Shown here: positions 61,664 through 64,000 of the stretch, in pieces
Position numbering within the stretch: the stretch's first letter is position 1
How the letters are laid out: the number at the start of each line of letters is the position of its first letter
NCBI RefSeq assembly: GCF_001194135.2
Contig: NC_068990.1
Span: 7,357,599-7,421,598 of the forward strand
Length of the DNA stretch: 64,000 bases
From: Octopus bimaculoides
Taxonomy: Eukaryota
Direction: 5' to 3'
The notes under the pieces: model-generated
What the model saw: only the letters and a program-made list of their open reading frames with translations
Database searches by the model: none
Told to the model about the DNA's origin: nothing
Made by a program: the position numbers and the translations under genes

Positions 61664-62929
61664 GGTCATAGTACGTATGGGAACAGTATTATTATCAATG
61701 TGGTTATCATAATTAACATCATTCATTATATAGACCACAAACATCAACATTTGCATTTGAAATCTAATGACTCCATAATAGACGTTGTGGTCATCGTCAG
61801 CAGCAAAAACTAAAGCTTCAATAAAAATAACCAAAACAACGTGCATAATAGTAAAAACAACAACAACAAAAACCCACTAGTAAAACAAATACAGCAACTG
61901 CAGGAAAAAAAAAAGGAAGCATTACCATCGCTATTAATATCAAATATCATCTGCTGCAACATCACTGGAAACACCCCCTCACTTCCAGCCACTAATCTAC
62001 CTCACGCCGGAAGTTTTACCACATGCTTGATCAGCAGGTGTCAATAAAACAGAAGATTTAAGAGAACATTTCTAAATGGCCGTCTCATTTCCGTCATTAT
62101 TACGAGATTAGGACAACCAATACATTGAAACTGTTGCATGGGTTGAAGGTATGGGCAAGTATAGAGTTGCATAGGCAGTGGAATAGTGGATTGAATGTCT
62201 AGTTATATTTAATCTTGATTTTGCAGTTTGACCCTCACAGAGTCACAAAGATGAATTTATTTATCCAATGGTATACTAAGGTCGAATCACACGAATTCAC
62301 ACTCACTGCAAAAGTACAATCTTCTTTTCATTCACCTCGCAGTCTTCGTCATCTTCACAAGTATTACTTTAACAAAGAGTAACGTTTATAATCTTAACAG
62401 GTTTATGACATTAAAAGAAAACGAATCTCTTTGATTCCAAAGAACTTTCCGTATGATATTTACAGATTAACGAACGGCAATGCTTTTCAACTCTCCTATC
62501 CGACTCAGCGTTTCAATAACCCACAGTCTCTTCAGCAGGTGTTTTGGCGGTGTTCTCAGGTTTGCTATGGTACTGCGATTGCCTTCACCAATTGTTAACC
62601 GTTTCGATGACGAGTGCGATCAGAAGAGGAAATTTATTTACCACTGCAGACGAGGAATGCCAGAATATTGTTAAGTAGATCAGAAGGCAGTGTCCTGAAC
62701 CGTGCTGCAGGACATTCAGCAAGAGATTCATAAGAAAATAATTTTCTGTATAAGTGTATGGGTTTGAAATTCAGGTGAGTAGAGAGAATTGCAAAAAAGT
62801 ACTGCAAAAAGCCGATGAAAGTAGCTAAGATGCAGATTGTCTGCTCTGAGAAATTCATGCATACACGCCAGACTTGTATTCAAACGCCTTAACAAATAGT
62901 TACTGCAACTGGCAACTGAACGGGTATTT

Positions 62930-64000
62930 ACCCAGTTCTGTAAGTCTGGGAATAGAGGTACTGCTAAGGGAGGACGTTAATATCTGGAGAGACAGGGCAA
63001 ATAACATCATGGGGAGCTGGGAGTAGGACGAATGCTTCTGTTAAATTGCTTGCAATTTGGTTCCGTCTGCACCTCTAGATGAATAAAAGCTGGGAGGAGT
63101 TTACAAACATGGTGACCAGTCTTACTCAGAAACAGACTGAGAGTAAACTAACCTTGAAAACTTTGGCAGGGGTGGCGATCTCATATTTCGCTTCTGACAT
63201 ATATCATCGCCTAGATCTCGTGTGATCGGACTCGAGCGTCTGCTCTTGTGCTCCTTATTGAAGGGATGCTTTCCACTGGTCAGGTAGTCCTTCTGTAATC
63301 GATATTTTTTTGCAGGCAGAGTTTGTTCTGCTGTGGTTGCTGATGTGCAGACATATGCTGAATCCGCAGTATCTAAAGAAATTTCTAGACGCTGAGCATT
63401 GAGGCTTTTTGCCAGGCACGCGAAAACTAAGAGTGGGCAATTGGAATCTGGAATGATATCAGGCGCGCACCGCCCTCTACCAGTCAGGAGGTCGATGAAA
63501 CTTTCATGTTAGCATTTTATAGAGAATGAGTTGTGTGGAAGAGAGATGATGGTCTTGGAGAAACCCTAGGCATCTGTCTAGTCCTCTCCGGCAAACTTTC
63601 GTCTCTAGGACTATGCATAACTTTCATAAATCCCTGATGTGGCAGCACTGTCGAAGTGGGGTGGGTATTAGACGAAACTCTACAGGCTCTAAAGTGCCGT
63701 TAGCTGCGCTTAACTAAGATGCGTTTAGGGCGGCAAAAATCTTTTGTTCGTGCATTACTGATTCGTAGTTTGTTGAATAGCTGCAGTCGCGAGCAGGTCG
63801 GATCTGGTTATCAGCGAAGTTCATCATAAAGATTCCCTGCTGTCTACCTTTCGCTGAGAAGGATAGGCAATTTTCTCTGGAAGGTGGTTATGATGAAATA
63901 GGTTGTAGGGTGGAGGAAATTGAAACGGCTGAAGACGGATACACTCCTCCCCAGCGGAGCCCCCCTCGCCTTTATGAATTTTCTCTTAGAGAAGAAAAGG
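62930..64000 (-). mobile_element. Degenerate LINE RT relic, running off the window end
   Basis: Frameshifted - strand words FDS...PHQGFMKVM (resembling AFDxVxHxxL), GFSKTIISL and EISLDTADSAYV (resembling LYADD). Clade uncertain. Confidence 0.35.

Noticed and set aside
61466-61813. 115-aa ORF with polyP/polyR/polyH
   Set aside because: The frame is held open by the trinucleotide array and the flanks have no coding signature.
62495-62540. - strand CTGAAGA...GAAAC...GTC
   Set aside because: Stem II is out of register and stem I does not pair, so probably chance.

Overview
This is AT-rich, microsatellite- and SINE-dense animal genomic DNA with 17 assembly gaps. The repeat content suggests an octopod cephalopod, probably Octopus (inference). 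Two genes converge tail-to-tail. On the + strand are the last three coding exons of an axonemal outer-arm dynein heavy chain (DNAH5/DNAH8 type; 893-1021, 2730-2856, 4939-5222). On the - strand are the last two coding exons of tyrosine hydroxylase (TH; 42016-41787 and 39838-39655), and I could not find further TH exons in the window. The rest is intron or intergenic DNA holding three tRNA-derived SINE families, LINE relics (RTE, CR1-like, R4/Dong-type), mariner, Tigger and hAT relics, and simple repeats. The most interesting unexplained signal is a cluster of hammerhead-ribozyme (HHR) motifs found by reading both strands by hand. One is an essentially complete type I HHR at 19749-19805 (-). A homologous, covarying copy at 53193-53243 (-) lies inside a 354-bp terminally redundant unit resembling a retrozyme. 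A minimal HHR at 1558-1602 (-) is embedded in a tRNA-headed SINE-like element, and several more copies are degenerate. All folds were derived by eye, and none has been tested computationally or experimentally.
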